NCBI GenBank assembly: GCA_047633195.1
Contig: JBLIEU010000004.1
Span: 6,145-70,144 of the forward strand
DNA length: 64,000 nucleotides
Source: Cryomorphaceae bacterium
Lineage (GTDB): Bacteria > Bacteroidota > Bacteroidia > Flavobacteriales_D > Cryomorphaceae
Direction of reading: 5' to 3'
A program made the translations under genes and the position numbers. Below, piece by piece: positions 29,314 through 40,442 of this stretch (the first letter of the stretch is position 1; each line of letters begins with the position of its first letter). The notes beneath the pieces are model-generated. The model was not told the origin of the DNA. It did not search any database and was given only the letters and a program-made list of their open reading frames with translations.

Positions 29314-30855
29314 CTACAACTGTTTCAACATTGCCTTCATAGAAACCTTGCCGCTGATCACCTCTTCAAGTTTGTCCAAAGACACTCTTTCCTGAGCCAT
29401 GCTATCTCTTTCGCGAATGGTGACGCTGCGGTCTTCCAAACTGTCGTGATCCACTGTGATGCACAAAGGAGTCCCGATCGCATCTTGTCTGCGGTAGCGT
29501 TTTCCAATCCCGTCTTTCTCGTCGTACTGGCAATTCTGATCGAGTTTTAGGCGATCCATTATCTCACGAGCCATTTCGGGCAATCCATCCTTTTTAACCA
29601 ACGGCAATACAGCCACCTTTACAGGAGCCAGCGCATGTGGAATTCTCAATACGATTCTTTCTGAGCCGTCCTCCAATTTCTCTTCGGTATAGGCTGCGGT
29701 AAGAACTGCTAAAAACAATCTATCCAACCCGATGGAAGTCTCCACTACATATGGAATATAGCTCTCCTTGTCCTGAGGGTCAAAGTAGCGAAGCTTCTTT
29801 CCGCTGTGCTCTTCATGACTCGAAAGGTCAAAGTCTGTTCGGGAATGGATACCCTCCAATTCTTTAAAGCCCATCGGGAAGTTGAACTCAATGTCACAAG
29901 CGGCATTGGCATAGTGTGCCAGTTTTATGTGATCGTGAAAACGGTAATTCTCTTGACCCAATCCCAATGAATCGTGCCATCTTTTTCGTCGTTCTTTCCA
30001 GGTCTCGTACCATTCGAGTTCGGTACCTGGTTTTACGAAATACTGCATCTCCATTTGCTCAAATTCGCGCATGCGGAAAATAAACTGGCGAGCAATGATC
30101 TCGTTTCTGAATGCTTTTCCAATCTGAGCAATCCCGAATGGGATTTTCATCCGACTGCTCTTCTGTACGTTCAAGAAATTGACGAAGATTCCCTGCGCTG
30201 TTTCAGGTCGGAGATAAATGGTGCTGGCATCCCCTGCCACTGATCCAAGCTCTGTTTTGAACATCAGGTTAAACTGGCGTACATCCGTCCAGTTCTTCGA
30301 ACCCGTTTCCGGATCAGCTATTTCCAAATCTTCAATAAGCTTCTTTACCGCGGCTAGGTCTTCCCTTTCCATGGCATCTTTGAAGCGACCGTGTACTTCG
30401 TCAATCTTTGTCTGATTGCGTTGTACGTTGGGATTTGTAGCTCTGAATTGTACTTCGTCGAAATCATCGCCAAAACGTTTCTTTCCTTTCGTTACATCCT
30501 TTTCAATTTTCTGGCGGTACTTCTCTAGGTAGTCTTCGACCAGTACATCCGCTCGGTAGCGTTTCTTACTGTCCTTATTGTCTATCAAAGGGTCGTTAAA
30601 CGCATCTACGTGACCAGAAGCCTTCCAAGTGGTTGGGTGCATAAAGATCGACGAGTCCAGCCCTACGATTTCTTCATTGAGCCTCACCATCGCTTCCCAC
30701 CAGTAGAGTTTCAGGTTATTCTTTAGCTCGGCGCCGTAAGGCCCGTAATCGTAAGCGGCGCTTAGTCCATCGTAGATTTCACTCGATGGGTATACAAAGC
30801 CATATTCTTTGGAATGGCCTATTATCTTCTTGAGTAAGTCGTCGTGTTGGCTCAT
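29314..30855 (-). CDS. glyQS: Glycine--tRNA ligase (single-chain, class IIa)
   Basis: WKASGHVDAF, YLRPETAQGIF, GKAFRNEI, REFEQMEMQ, ELEGIHSRTDFDL, IGKRYRRQD. Confidence 0.96.
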   Translation of the reverse strand: MSQHDDLLKKIIGHSKEYGFVYPSSEIYDGLSAAYDYGPYGAELKNNLKLYWWEAMVRLNEEIVGLDSSIFMHPTTWKASGHVDAFNDPLIDNKDSKKRYRADVLVEDYLEKYRQKIEKDVTKGKKRFGDDFDEVQFRATNPNVQRNQTKIDEVHGRFKDAMEREDLAAVKKLIEDLEIADPETGSKNWTDVRQFNLMFKTELGSVAGDASTIYLRPETAQGIFVNFLNVQKSSRMKIPFGIAQIGKAFRNEIIARQFIFRMREFEQMEMQYFVKPGTELEWYETWKERRKRWHDSLGLGQENYRFHDHIKLAHYANAACDIEFNFPMGFKELEGIHSRTDFDLSSHEEHSGKKLRYFDPQDKESYIPYVVETSIGLDRLFLAVLTAAYTEEKLEDGSERIVLRIPHALAPVKVAVLPLVKKDGLPEMAREIMDRLKLDQNCQYDEKDGIGKRYRRQDAIGTPLCITVDHDSLEDRSVTIRERDSMAQERVSLDKLEEVISGKVSMKAMLKQL

Positions 30856-30898
30856 TTAGCGATCAGTTTAGTCTGAGAAAGGTTCTTTCTCAAGGGCG

Positions 30899-30906
30899 CA
30901 AAAGTA
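30899..30906 (-). promoter_or_regulatory. -7 element for glyQS
   Basis: Minus strand TACTTTTG(CGC). Confidence 0.55.
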
Positions 30907-30952
30907 AGGTAATGGAAGCGATATTGAAATGGTGAATGCCTAACTTCGCAGC

Positions 30953-31531
30953 ATGATTCAAATTGACGATACCCTCCTTTCGGAAGATCTTTTCTCAAAA
31001 AGGTTTGTGTGTGATTTAGGCGCTTGCAAAGGAGCCTGCTGTGTAGAAGGAGATAGTGGTGCCCCGCTTGAACCCGAAGAAGTAGGTTTGCTGGAAGAAG
31101 CACTCGAGGACATAAAGCCTTACATGCGCCAAGAAGGGATAGACAGGGTAGAAGAGACCGGAGTTTTCACCATTGATATAGATGGTGAATTTGTGACTCC
31201 CTTAGTGAATGATGAGGAATGTGCATTTGTCTCTTTTGATAGGAATGGAACAGCGAAGTGCTCCATTGAGCAGGCACACCGCGACGGAAAAACAGACTTT
31301 CTAAAGCCAGTGTCTTGTCATCTCTATCCCATCAGAGTTACGCAGCTAAAGGATTCCGTCGCTTTGAATTATCACTACTGGCCTATTTGCGACCCTGCCA
31401 GATCTTGCGGTGCCAAGCTGGACGTCAAAGTCTTTAAATTCCTAAAAGAACCAATCACCAGAAAGTTTGGAGAAGAGTTCTTTGAGAAACTCGTAGAGGC
31501 CGACAAATTGATGGATTCATCCAAAATATGA
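30953..31531 (+). CDS. DUF3109 family Cys-rich protein
   Basis: FVCDLGACKGACCVEGDSGAPL and KPVSCHLYPIR. Confidence 0.85.
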   Translation: MIQIDDTLLSEDLFSKRFVCDLGACKGACCVEGDSGAPLEPEEVGLLEEALEDIKPYMRQEGIDRVEETGVFTIDIDGEFVTPLVNDEECAFVSFDRNGTAKCSIEQAHRDGKTDFLKPVSCHLYPIRVTQLKDSVALNYHYWPICDPARSCGAKLDVKVFKFLKEPITRKFGEEFFEKLVEADKLMDSSKI

Positions 31532-32125
31532 ATCATTTTTTGCTAAAAGCGGAGTGAGTATCGTCTCTTTGATTTGTAGGATTTGAGCACAGTTATCATA
31601 ATCTCATCCCGATTGTCGTAGGTGATTCTCATCTTTTCATTTGACTCTCAGTCTTCTTTACGAAATTGCCAATGGGCGCTACAAATTTTCGTCTCAAGAA
31701 TTCAATTGCTTTGGACATTATATTTTTCAACAGGTCGCTATTCTCTTGTAAGCGTCATTGAATCAGAGGTATGAGGTGTTGTTAATCCGCTATTTCTAAC
31801 ATCTCCCGAAAAATGGTGCCAAGAATTTTATTCAAATGTCACACATTAGGTGCTCCATCAACACCCTTCAATTTCTGTATCAACCGCCGCTATTGAGCCG
31901 GTAGCAGATGTCAACTCTTCGTGTTGAAAACTTGAACCGAATGTGAATTAAAACTGATTGGACTCGCGGCCATTTTTTCCAATTTTTGTTGGCGGTCAAA
32001 CCAATGGATCTTGGAGACGTTATCTTTCTAAAATCGACTTGTACCTCGCACTCTTTCTTTAAGGGACTATTTATCAAGATTATAACAGATTTATTAATAA
32101 CCCGATAAAAAACCAAGCTTTTATC

Positions 32126-33163
32126 ATGGACGAAGTGACCTCTAAAAACAGTGAAGTGGAGATTGAAAATGTGCTCCCTGAAAACACCACAGTAACCGAG
32201 CCGATTCTCGAAGAGAACGAGAACCGATTTGTGCTTTTCCCCATCGTACACGATGATATCTGGAAATTCTACAAGCAATCTGAAGCCTCTTTTTGGACGG
32301 CGGAAGAAATTGACCTTGAAGCCGACCTAGTAGACTGGAGCAACAAGTTGAATGATGATGAGCGTTACTTCATTAAGCATGTGCTGGCATTTTTCGCAGC
32401 CAGCGATGGAATTGTAAATGAAAACCTAGCGCAGAATTTCCTCTCTGAAGTGCAGTACACTGAAGCGAAGTTCTTCTACGGATTTCAAGTGATGATGGAA
32501 AACATCCACTCGGAGACATACTCCTTGCTGATTGACACGTACATCCAAAATAAGGAGGAGAAAGACACCCTTTTCAATGCCATCGAAACGCTGGATTGTG
32601 TAAAGCTGAAGGCTGAGTGGGCTTTGAACTGGATCGACAATGGTTCCTTTGCCGAAAGGCTGATCGCTTTCGCAGCGGTAGAAGGAATCTTTTTTAGTGG
32701 TTCTTTCTGCTCTGTTTTCTGGTTGAAGAAAAGAGGTCTTATGCCAGGTTTGAGCTTCTCAAACCAGTTGATTTCTCGCGACGAAGGAATGCATTGCGAC
32801 TTTGCCTGCTTGCTTTACAATGACCACATCGTAAATAAGCTTCCAAAAGAGAGAGTAAAGAAGATCATTGTAGACGCAGTCAACATCGAGAAAGAATTTG
32901 TGACCGACGCCCTTCCCGTAAAACTAATCGGGATGAATGCAGACTTGATGGCGCAGTACATCGAATTTGTTGCTGACCGACTATTGGTGGAGCTAGGAAA
33001 TGAGAAAGTTTACAACGCGACCAACCCATTTGATTTTATGGATATGATTAGCCTTCAGGGTAAATCAAACTTCTTTGAAGTGCGCGTAGGTGAATACCAG
33101 AAGGCGAGTGTGTCGAACACTTCTGCTGAAGACAAGAGTTTCACTATGGACGCTGATTTTTAA
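32126..33163 (+). CDS. nrdB: Ribonucleoside-diphosphate reductase class Ia beta subunit
   Basis: [47 protein letters not shown]. Confidence 0.96.
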   Translation: MDEVTSKNSEVEIENVLPENTTVTEPILEENENRFVLFPIVHDDIWKFYKQSEASFWTAEEIDLEADLVDWSNKLNDDERYFIKHVLAFFAASDGIVNENLAQNFLSEVQYTEAKFFYGFQVMMENIHSETYSLLIDTYIQNKEEKDTLFNAIETLDCVKLKAEWALNWIDNGSFAERLIAFAAVEGIFFSGSFCSVFWLKKRGLMPGLSFSNQLISRDEGMHCDFACLLYNDHIVNKLPKERVKKIIVDAVNIEKEFVTDALPVKLIGMNADLMAQYIEFVADRLLVELGNEKVYNATNPFDFMDMISLQGKSNFFEVRVGEYQKASVSNTSAEDKSFTMDADF

Positions 33164-33203
33164 TAAATCATTCTGACCCACCATTTAACCCTTATAAAAC
33201 AAT

Positions 33204-35561
33204 ATGTCATACGTACTTAAGCGAGGAGGTCGGCGTGAAGCGATCAAGTTTGATAAAATTACTGCACGAATTAAGAAGCTTTGCTACGGCCTTCACCCTG
33301 CGGTAGATCCGATTGAAATTGCAAAGAAGGTGATCAACGGTCTGTACGAAGGAGTTACCACAAGTGAGTTGGATAATCTAGCCGCTGAAGTAGCCGCCAC
33401 CAATACGGTAAAGCATCCTGATTACGCTTTGTTGGCTAGCCGTATTGCGGTAAGCAATTTGCACAAAAACACGCAGAAGTGCTTCTCTGACGCCATGAAG
33501 GCGCTCTATGAATATGTGGATCCTAACACTGGAGAGCCTGCTGCTCTTCTTGCCGATGATGTGCACGAAATAATCGAGAAGAACAAAGATATTCTTGATT
33601 CTGCTATTATCTATGACCGCGACTTCCGCTATGACTTCTTCGGTTTCAAAACCCTTGAGCGCTCCTATTTGCTGAAGCTAAATGGCAAAGTAGGAGAGCG
33701 GCCGCAGCAGATGATTATGCGCGTGTCAATCGGGATTCACAAAGAGGATATCGACGCGGCTATTGAGACCTACCACAAAATGTCTGAAGGGTGGTTTACT
33801 CATGCTACCCCGACACTTTTTAATGCTGGAACACCGAAGCCTCAGATGTCCTCCTGCTTCTTGCTTACGATGAAGAAAGACAGCATCGACGGTATTTACG
33901 ATACCTTGAAGCAATGCGCACAGATTTCGCAGAGCGCTGGAGGTATCGGCCTTTCTATTCACGATATCCGTGCAAAAGGGACTTACATAAAAGGTACGAA
34001 CGGAACGTCCAACGGAATTGTTCCAATGTTGAGAGTATTCAACGATACGGCTCGTTACGTTGACCAAGGTGGAGGAAAGCGCAAAGGATCATTCGCAATT
34101 TACCTCGAGCCATGGCATGCAGACGTATTCGATTTCCTCGATATGCGCAAGAACCACGGTAAAGAAGAAATGCGCGCTCGTGACCTTTTCTACGCCCTAT
34201 GGATGCCCGACTTGTTCATGAAACGAGTGGAAGAAAACGGAGAGTGGACATTGATGTGTCCGCACGAATGTCCGGGCCTTTCTGATACTTACGGTGCAGA
34301 CTTCGAAAAGCTCTACACGAAATACGAGAAGGAAGGAAAAGGCCGCAAGACGATCAAAGCCCAAGAGCTTTGGTTCAAAGTTTTGGAAGCCCAGATAGAA
34401 ACGGGCAATCCTTACATTCTATACAAGGATGCCGCCAATGAGAAGTCGAATCAGAAGAATCTCGGAACGATCAAGTCTTCGAACCTCTGCACGGAAATTA
34501 TTGAATACACTGCTCCAGATGAGGTAGCCGTTTGTAATCTCGCATCCGTTGCATTGCCTAAGTTTGTTATCGATGGGAAATTCGATCACGATAAACTCTT
34601 CGAAGTATCTTATCTCATTACGAAGAACCTTAACCGAATTATAGACAATAACTTCTACCCCGTTCCCGAGGCGCGCAATAGCAACATGCGTCACCGCCCA
34701 ATAGGAATTGGAGTGCAAGGATTGGCAGATGCATTTATCTTGCTTCGCTACCCATTCGATAGTGAAGAAGCGCGCAAATTGAACCGCGACGTATTCGAAA
34801 CAATCTATTATGGAGCCCTTTCAGCTTCTAAGGATTTAGCAAAAGAAGATGGCCCTTACGAGACGTACGAAGGTTCTCCAGTAAGCCAGGGCATTCTCCA
34901 GTTCGATATGTGGAACGAGAAGCCCAGCGACCGCTGGGAATGGGATATTCTTCGAGAAGAAATTAAGGAGCACGGAGTGAGAAACTCATTACTGCTGGCT
35001 CCGATGCCAACAGCAAGTACGGCTCAAATTCTTGGAAACAATGAATGCTTCGAGCCTTACACTTCGAATATCTACACCAGAAGAGTATTGTCGGGTGAGT
35101 TCATCGTGGTGAATAAGCACTTGCTCCGTGACTTGGTGAAACTCGACCTTTGGGATGAGGATATGCGCCAGAAGTTGATGGCAGCCAATGGATCGGTTCA
35201 GAATATCAGAGAGATTCCTGGCAACCTCAAGGCACTTTACAAAACGGCTTGGGAGATAAGTCAGAAGGCGATTATCGACATGGCAGCAGATAGAGGGGCA
35301 TTCATCTGCCAGTCTCAGTCGCTAAACATCTTCATGGAAAGCGCCAATTTTGCGAAGCTAACATCCATGCACTTTTACGGTTGGAAGAAAGGGTTGAAAA
35401 CAGGAATTTACTACCTCCGCACCAGAGCGGCAGTGGACGCTATTAAATTTACTGTAGACAAATCGCGACTCGAGCAGCCCGTAGTAATGACCGAGGAAGA
35501 GATAGCGGCACAAGCCTGTTCCATTGAAAATGGTCCTGATTGCGAAATGTGCAGCGGTTAA
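33204..35561 (+). CDS. nrdA: Ribonucleoside-diphosphate reductase class Ia alpha subunit (ATP cone)
   Basis: N-terminal ATP cone, [30 protein letters not shown]-terminal CEMCSG. Confidence 0.97.
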   Translation: MSYVLKRGGRREAIKFDKITARIKKLCYGLHPAVDPIEIAKKVINGLYEGVTTSELDNLAAEVAATNTVKHPDYALLASRIAVSNLHKNTQKCFSDAMKALYEYVDPNTGEPAALLADDVHEIIEKNKDILDSAIIYDRDFRYDFFGFKTLERSYLLKLNGKVGERPQQMIMRVSIGIHKEDIDAAIETYHKMSEGWFTHATPTLFNAGTPKPQMSSCFLLTMKKDSIDGIYDTLKQCAQISQSAGGIGLSIHDIRAKGTYIKGTNGTSNGIVPMLRVFNDTARYVDQGGGKRKGSFAIYLEPWHADVFDFLDMRKNHGKEEMRARDLFYALWMPDLFMKRVEENGEWTLMCPHECPGLSDTYGADFEKLYTKYEKEGKGRKTIKAQELWFKVLEAQIETGNPYILYKDAANEKSNQKNLGTIKSSNLCTEIIEYTAPDEVAVCNLASVALPKFVIDGKFDHDKLFEVSYLITKNLNRIIDNNFYPVPEARNSNMRHRPIGIGVQGLADAFILLRYPFDSEEARKLNRDVFETIYYGALSASKDLAKEDGPYETYEGSPVSQGILQFDMWNEKPSDRWEWDILREEIKEHGVRNSLLLAPMPTASTAQILGNNECFEPYTSNIYTRRVLSGEFIVVNKHLLRDLVKLDLWDEDMRQKLMAANGSVQNIREIPGNLKALYKTAWEISQKAIIDMAADRGAFICQSQSLNIFMESANFAKLTSMHFYGWKKGLKTGIYYLRTRAAVDAIKFTVDKSRLEQPVVMTEEEIAAQACSIENGPDCEMCSG

Positions 35562-35590
35562 TATTTTCTGTTTGTTTATTTGATTGGAAA

Positions 35591-35618
35591 AGAAAGGCTG
35601 CCGTAAGGTGGCCTTTCT
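35591..35618 (+). terminator. Intrinsic terminator after nrdA
   Basis: AGAAAGGCTGCC-GTAA-GGTGGCCTTTCT. Confidence 0.75.
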
Positions 35619-35703
35619 TATTTAGAACCCCTTTAAATAAACGCTCCTGACAGTTCTATGACAGTACAACAGTGCTCCATTAGGACATTTGTATCCGAAT
35701 AAT

Positions 35704-36936
35704 ATGGAAAAGCTGAATCGGTTTTATACTATTGCCTTTAACCACAAGCGTTTGCCGCTTGAGGTGGTGGGTAAGTTCCATATTGATGAGGACAACCAAA
35801 CCAGAGTTCTTACTTCTTTAAAGGAGAAACTAGGCCTCGAAGAGCTGATGTTCCTTTCCACTTGTAACCGCGTTGAGTTTTTTATGGTCTCTAAGCAGGT
35901 TAAAACTGTTGAAGATATTCTCGCTTTGGGTCTCTTTAATCTTTCTGAAGAGAACGCGTTGATGGCAAAGTCAAATGCGGAAATCCATTTTGGAAAAGAC
36001 GCTGTAAGGCATCTTTATAAAGTAACCTCCTCACTCGATTCGATGGTAATCGGAGAGCGTGAGATTATCACACAAGTTAGAAAGTCATACGAGTTTGCTG
36101 AGGCGACTGGTTTAACGGGAGAGTTTCTCCGTCTCTTGATGATGAAGAACATTATGTCGGCAAAGAGAGTATTTACTGAAACGGCCATATTTAGAAAGCC
36201 GGTCTCGGTAGTGTCTATCGCCTTCCATAAATTGAAAGACTTGAACGTACCCTCTGACGCGAGAATGCTGATGATAGGAGCGGGAAGGACGAACAAGGCC
36301 ATGGCCAGGTTCCTTTCAAAACATGGATACAAGAACATCGCCATATTCAATCGCACTGAATCGCGAGCCAAAGAACTAGCCGCTCAAGTTGGAGCAAGTG
36401 GTTACGCTTTGGATCAACTTCCGAATTACCAAGAAGGCTTCGACGTTTTAATTGCTTGTACTGGTTCAGGAAATTCGGTAGTCAGTCGAGACTTGTTCGA
36501 CCACCTTTGTGGCGAAGAGACGAGTGGTAAAGTTCTTATCGATTTGGCGATACCCGCCGATATTGAAGCGAGTGTTTTTGATCGCACTGACCTGCGCTTG
36601 ACACACATCAATATTGAGGAGTTGCGAATTACCGCAGAGAAAAACTTGCATGAGCGATCTCAAGAGATTTCGAAATGCGAAGAAATTGTGGAGGAGGGAA
36701 TCGCTGAGTTTGAGCAAATTCATAAAGAGCGAGTGGTGGAATTGGCCATGCGTGAAATTCCCCGAAAGGTGAAAGAGATCCGAGAAAACGCAATGAGCAC
36801 TGTTTATGCCAAGGAAATCGAAAGCCTCGACCCACAATCAAAGGAAGTACTCAACAAGGTGATTTCTTACCTTGAGAAAAAATACATCTCCGTTCCTATG
36901 AAAATGGCTCGCGAGGTTATGTTGAATTCTAAGTAG
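35704..36936 (+). CDS. hemA: Glutamyl-tRNA reductase
   Basis: LSTCNRVEF, SLDSMVIGEREI..QV, IGAG, IDLAIPADI. Confidence 0.95.
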   Translation: MEKLNRFYTIAFNHKRLPLEVVGKFHIDEDNQTRVLTSLKEKLGLEELMFLSTCNRVEFFMVSKQVKTVEDILALGLFNLSEENALMAKSNAEIHFGKDAVRHLYKVTSSLDSMVIGEREIITQVRKSYEFAEATGLTGEFLRLLMMKNIMSAKRVFTETAIFRKPVSVVSIAFHKLKDLNVPSDARMLMIGAGRTNKAMARFLSKHGYKNIAIFNRTESRAKELAAQVGASGYALDQLPNYQEGFDVLIACTGSGNSVVSRDLFDHLCGEETSGKVLIDLAIPADIEASVFDRTDLRLTHINIEELRITAEKNLHERSQEISKCEEIVEEGIAEFEQIHKERVVELAMREIPRKVKEIRENAMSTVYAKEIESLDPQSKEVLNKVISYLEKKYISVPMKMAREVMLNSK

Positions 36937-37856
36937 TGAATAACAATAAGATTACGATAGGATCCAGAGGCAGCGATTTAGCGCTTTGGCAGGCTTACCA
37001 TATAAAGTCGAAGCTGGAAGACCTCGGGCACGACGTGGAAATAAAAATCATCAAAACACAGGGCGATATCATTCAGCACTTGAGTTTTGACAAGATGGAA
37101 GGCAAGGGTTTTTTCACAAAAGAACTCGAAAAAGAGCTTTTGGAAAACACCATCGACCTGGCCGTGCACTCCTTTAAAGACTTGGAAACGAATTTCCCCG
37201 AAGGGCTTACTATTGCTGCCGTGACTGACCGAGCAAATCCGCGAGATGTCCTGCTCATTCGCAAAGAGAATGTGGATACTTCTCAAAAATGGGATTTGAA
37301 AGAAAACGCATTGGTAGGAACTTCTAGCGCCAGACGGAAGGTGCAGCTGATGAAGCACCGCCCAGACGTGCGCATTGACGACATTCGTGGAAACGTACCG
37401 ACCCGTGTCAATAAACTACGCGACGGCATGTTTGACGCCATCGTTTTGGCGAAAGCCGGACTGGACAGATTGGAGCACGATGTGAGTGATTTGCACGTAC
37501 ACGTTTTCGATCCAAAAGAATTTATCCCTGCACCTGCTCAAGGTGCATTGGCAATGCAGATTCGTGAGGACGATGTGCGGATGAATGAAGTTATGGTCAA
37601 AATCAATCGAGAAGATATTGCCACCACCACTTCCATTGAGAGACGAGTACTCAATCTCTTTGAAGGCGGATGCCAGATGCCTTTGGGAGCGTACTGTGTT
37701 CCGGCAGCCAATGGTACTTTTGAATTGAGAGCGGTGATGGCAGAAACGATAAAGCATTCTCCCGTCGAGGTTACCGTGACTGGGACTGATCCCGAAAAGC
37801 TGGCCCAGGAAGCCGTAGCTCAGCTAAAGTCCAAAGCCCTTGAAGGTATTTCTTAG
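36936..37856 (+). CDS. hemC: Hydroxymethylbilane synthase
   Basis: GSRGSDLALWQA, KGFFTKE, AVHSFKD, GTSSARR, RGNVPTR, EGGCQMPLG. Confidence 0.96.
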   Translation: MNNNKITIGSRGSDLALWQAYHIKSKLEDLGHDVEIKIIKTQGDIIQHLSFDKMEGKGFFTKELEKELLENTIDLAVHSFKDLETNFPEGLTIAAVTDRANPRDVLLIRKENVDTSQKWDLKENALVGTSSARRKVQLMKHRPDVRIDDIRGNVPTRVNKLRDGMFDAIVLAKAGLDRLEHDVSDLHVHVFDPKEFIPAPAQGALAMQIREDDVRMNEVMVKINREDIATTTSIERRVLNLFEGGCQMPLGAYCVPAANGTFELRAVMAETIKHSPVEVTVTGTDPEKLAQEAVAQLKSKALEGIS

Positions 37857-38496
37857 TCGAGACAATCCAAGCGAAGCATTAGTCAACCACGCCCAAAAAT
37901 CAGGTTGGGAACTCACTTGTTTTTCCTGCATTCAAAAAAGTATTACCACATCGGAAAGCCCACCCGAAGCGGATTGGATCTTTTTTTACAGCCCAAGTGC
38001 GGTCAGGTTTTACGCCAAATATTTCGAACGTTCATTTCACCGTTTGGCAGCCTTAGGAGAGGGAACTGGCCAAGCTATGCATGAGTACGATATGAAACCT
38101 GAATTCGTTGGCTCATCGGCCAATCCTTCGGAAGTGGTAGCTGAGTTTGGACAAATCTTAACTACCAAAGAACGCGTAGTTCAGGCAAGAGGAGAGAAGA
38201 GTTTTGAACGCCTGCGCGAAGCTTTAAATTCCGAGCAGATTATCGACTGGCCTTTTTACCGATCAAACCTAATTGATTCCATTCCGCTTATTGAAGCGGA
38301 CTACTACATCTTTACCTCACCTTCGAATGCAGAGGCATATTTGGCTAAGCACCTTTTACCCCGAGAAGCTATTGTGGTCGTTTTTGGCGAAAGCACAAAA
38401 GCCTTTGTCGAGATTAATTCGAAAAATCAAATTTTAATGGCGCCTGAGCCAGGGGAAAAATCCGCTGCTCTGGTGATCGAGGAGGATATTAAGTAA
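37840..38496 (+). CDS. hemD: Uroporphyrinogen-III synthase
   Basis: WIFFYSPSAV, ALGEGT, FTSPSNA; follows hemC. Confidence 0.75.
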   Translation: MKVFLSRDNPSEALVNHAQKSGWELTCFSCIQKSITTSESPPEADWIFFYSPSAVRFYAKYFERSFHRLAALGEGTGQAMHEYDMKPEFVGSSANPSEVVAEFGQILTTKERVVQARGEKSFERLREALNSEQIIDWPFYRSNLIDSIPLIEADYYIFTSPSNAEAYLAKHLLPREAIVVVFGESTKAFVEINSKNQILMAPEPGEKSAALVIEEDIK

Positions 38497-39667
38497 AAGC
38501 GTTCTCGCCTGTAATATCCAGCCCCGTAATCAATAAATGAATGTCGTGGGTTCCCTCGTAAGTCACTACCGACTCCAAGTTCATCATGTGGCGCATGATT
38601 GGGTACTCGTTTGTGATTCCCATTCCACCGTGCATTTGACGTGCGTCACGAGCTACTTTCATAGCCATTTCTACATTGTTCCGTTTCGCCATGGAGATTT
38701 GAGCGCTAGTGGCTCTATCCTCATTTTTGAGCTGGCCGAGACGCAAGGTGAGCAACTGCGCTTTTGTGATCTCGGTGATCATCTCTGCTAATTTCTTTTG
38801 CTGAAGTTGGAAACCTGCGATCGGTCTTCCGAACTGCTTGCGCTCCTTGCTGTAACGAAGGGCAGAGTCGTAGCAATCGAGTGCAGCACCGATGGCACCC
38901 CAAGCGATTCCGTAACGAGCACTGTCTAGGCAGCTAAGTGGCGCACCCAGTCCTGAGCGTCCTGGAAGCAAATTCTCTTTGGGAACTTTTACATTATCGA
39001 AAACCAACTCACCAGTAGCACTAGCGCGAAGGCTCCACTTTCCGTGAGTTTCGGGAGTGGTAAAACCTTCCATTCCTCTCTCTACGATCAGTCCATGGAT
39101 TCGTCCTTCCTCGCTCTTGGCCCACACCACCGCAATGTTGCAAAACGGTGAATTGGAGATCCAAAGTTTCGCTCCATTCAAGACGTAATGGTCTCCCGCG
39201 TCTTTGAAGTTGGTAAGCATTCCGCTTGGGTTTGAACCGTGATCGGGCTCGGTAAGACCGAAGCTACCTATGAATTCTCCTGAGGCCAATTTTGGGAGGA
39301 ACTTCTTTCGTTGCTCTTCGGTTCCGTATTTAAAGATCGGAAACATCACCAATGAACTCTGCACGGATGCCGTGGAACGAAGGCCACTATCGCCACGCTC
39401 CAGTTCTTGCATAATCAATCCGTAAGAGATTTGATCCATTCCTGCTCCGCCGTATTCCTCCGGGATGTAAGGACCAAAAGCTCCAATTTCAGCCAAACCT
39501 GGAATGAGTTGTTTTGGAAACTCTGATCGTTCGTAATACTCTTCTATGATTGGAGACACTTCCTTCTTCACCCAAGCTCTCGCTGTTTCACGAATGAGTT
39601 TGTGCTCATCGGTGAGCATTTCATCCATCTCGTAATAATCGTGTCCTTGATATTGATCGGTACGCAT
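38489..39667 (-). CDS. Acyl-CoA dehydrogenase (glutaryl-CoA dehydrogenase-like)
   Basis: ELERGDSGLRS, FGLTEPDHGS, GAKLWISN, RKQFGRP, TYEGTHDIH; start at ATG 39667. Confidence 0.9.
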   Translation of the reverse strand: MRTDQYQGHDYYEMDEMLTDEHKLIRETARAWVKKEVSPIIEEYYERSEFPKQLIPGLAEIGAFGPYIPEEYGGAGMDQISYGLIMQELERGDSGLRSTASVQSSLVMFPIFKYGTEEQRKKFLPKLASGEFIGSFGLTEPDHGSNPSGMLTNFKDAGDHYVLNGAKLWISNSPFCNIAVVWAKSEEGRIHGLIVERGMEGFTTPETHGKWSLRASATGELVFDNVKVPKENLLPGRSGLGAPLSCLDSARYGIAWGAIGAALDCYDSALRYSKERKQFGRPIAGFQLQQKKLAEMITEITKAQLLTLRLGQLKNEDRATSAQISMAKRNNVEMAMKVARDARQMHGGMGITNEYPIMRHMMNLESVVTYEGTHDIHLLITGLDITGENAFT

Positions 39668-39687
39668 ATACTTTTGTTTTACGAGCG

Positions 39688-39695
39688 CAAAGTTA
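39688..39695 (-). promoter_or_regulatory. -7 element for the acyl-CoA dehydrogenase gene
   Basis: Minus strand TAACTTTG(CGC). Confidence 0.55.
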
Positions 39696-39734
39696 AGCAT
39701 ATTGTCGGCAGAAATCGCGAGTTTTGCAGTACGA

Positions 39735-40412
39735 ATGGAGCCAATTTTACGTGAAAATCCGATCCTCTTCGAACCTTGGATGGCAGGAGTCTTCCTCATT
39801 TCTTTAGGAGCCTTGGCCTATATTCGTATGGTGTATTCAAAGCGTTTTGGTCTTTTATTCAAGACAGCCGCTCGCCTTCAGATATTGAGGCAAGTCATGC
39901 GCGAGGAACTCCTTTTTTCTCACAGAGCTTCCTTGGTACTTTTCGCTCATTTTGTGGTTATGGCATCGCTAATTGTCTACGCCGCTTTTAACTTTTACGG
40001 GGTGGTAGACGAGGAGAGCATTGGGATCTCACTCTACCTCATCGTCTTCTTTGGACTGCTGCTACTCTATCTCCTTAAATTTCTTTTTATGGGTGTTTTG
40101 AGGTGGGTTTATCAAGACAAGGGATTACTCAGGGAATATCGATTCGAAGTATTCTCGGTCAGCAAAATTTTGGGGATTATCTATTTACCATTAGCACTAA
40201 TATCAGTTTCCGTTAATGTTGGAGAGCTTGAATGGGTTTTTCCATTGGCCGCTCTTCTATTTGGGTTTTCTTTTGTGTTTAGAGCTGTCCAAGGCTTGGC
40301 AATGAGCTTTTCTTACAACGTTTCTCGAATCTATATAATTTTGTATCTTTGCACCCTCGAAATTTTGCCTTTTGTACTGTTTCTGAGCCTCTTCAATAAG
40401 AGCTTTGCATAG
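39735..40412 (+). CDS. DUF4271-like membrane protein
   Basis: Multi-TM protein ending YIILYLCTLEILP, upstream of a HemD-like gene. Confidence 0.75.
   Translation: MEPILRENPILFEPWMAGVFLISLGALAYIRMVYSKRFGLLFKTAARLQILRQVMREELLFSHRASLVLFAHFVVMASLIVYAAFNFYGVVDEESIGISLYLIVFFGLLLLYLLKFLFMGVLRWVYQDKGLLREYRFEVFSVSKILGIIYLPLALISVSVNVGELEWVFPLAALLFGFSFVFRAVQGLAMSFSYNVSRIYIILYLCTLEILPFVLFLSLFNKSFA
40344..40351 (+). promoter_or_regulatory. Internal -7 element for the HemD-like gene
   Basis: TATCTTTG(CAC) inside the 3' end of the DUF4271-like gene. Confidence 0.45.
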
Positions 40413-40442
40413 GCACGAAACGAGCTTAAAACTGAACTGTAT

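Noticed and set aside
31880-32278. 132-aa minus-strand ORF upstream of and overlapping nrdB
   Set aside because: It is antisense to the nrdB start and has no recognisable motif.
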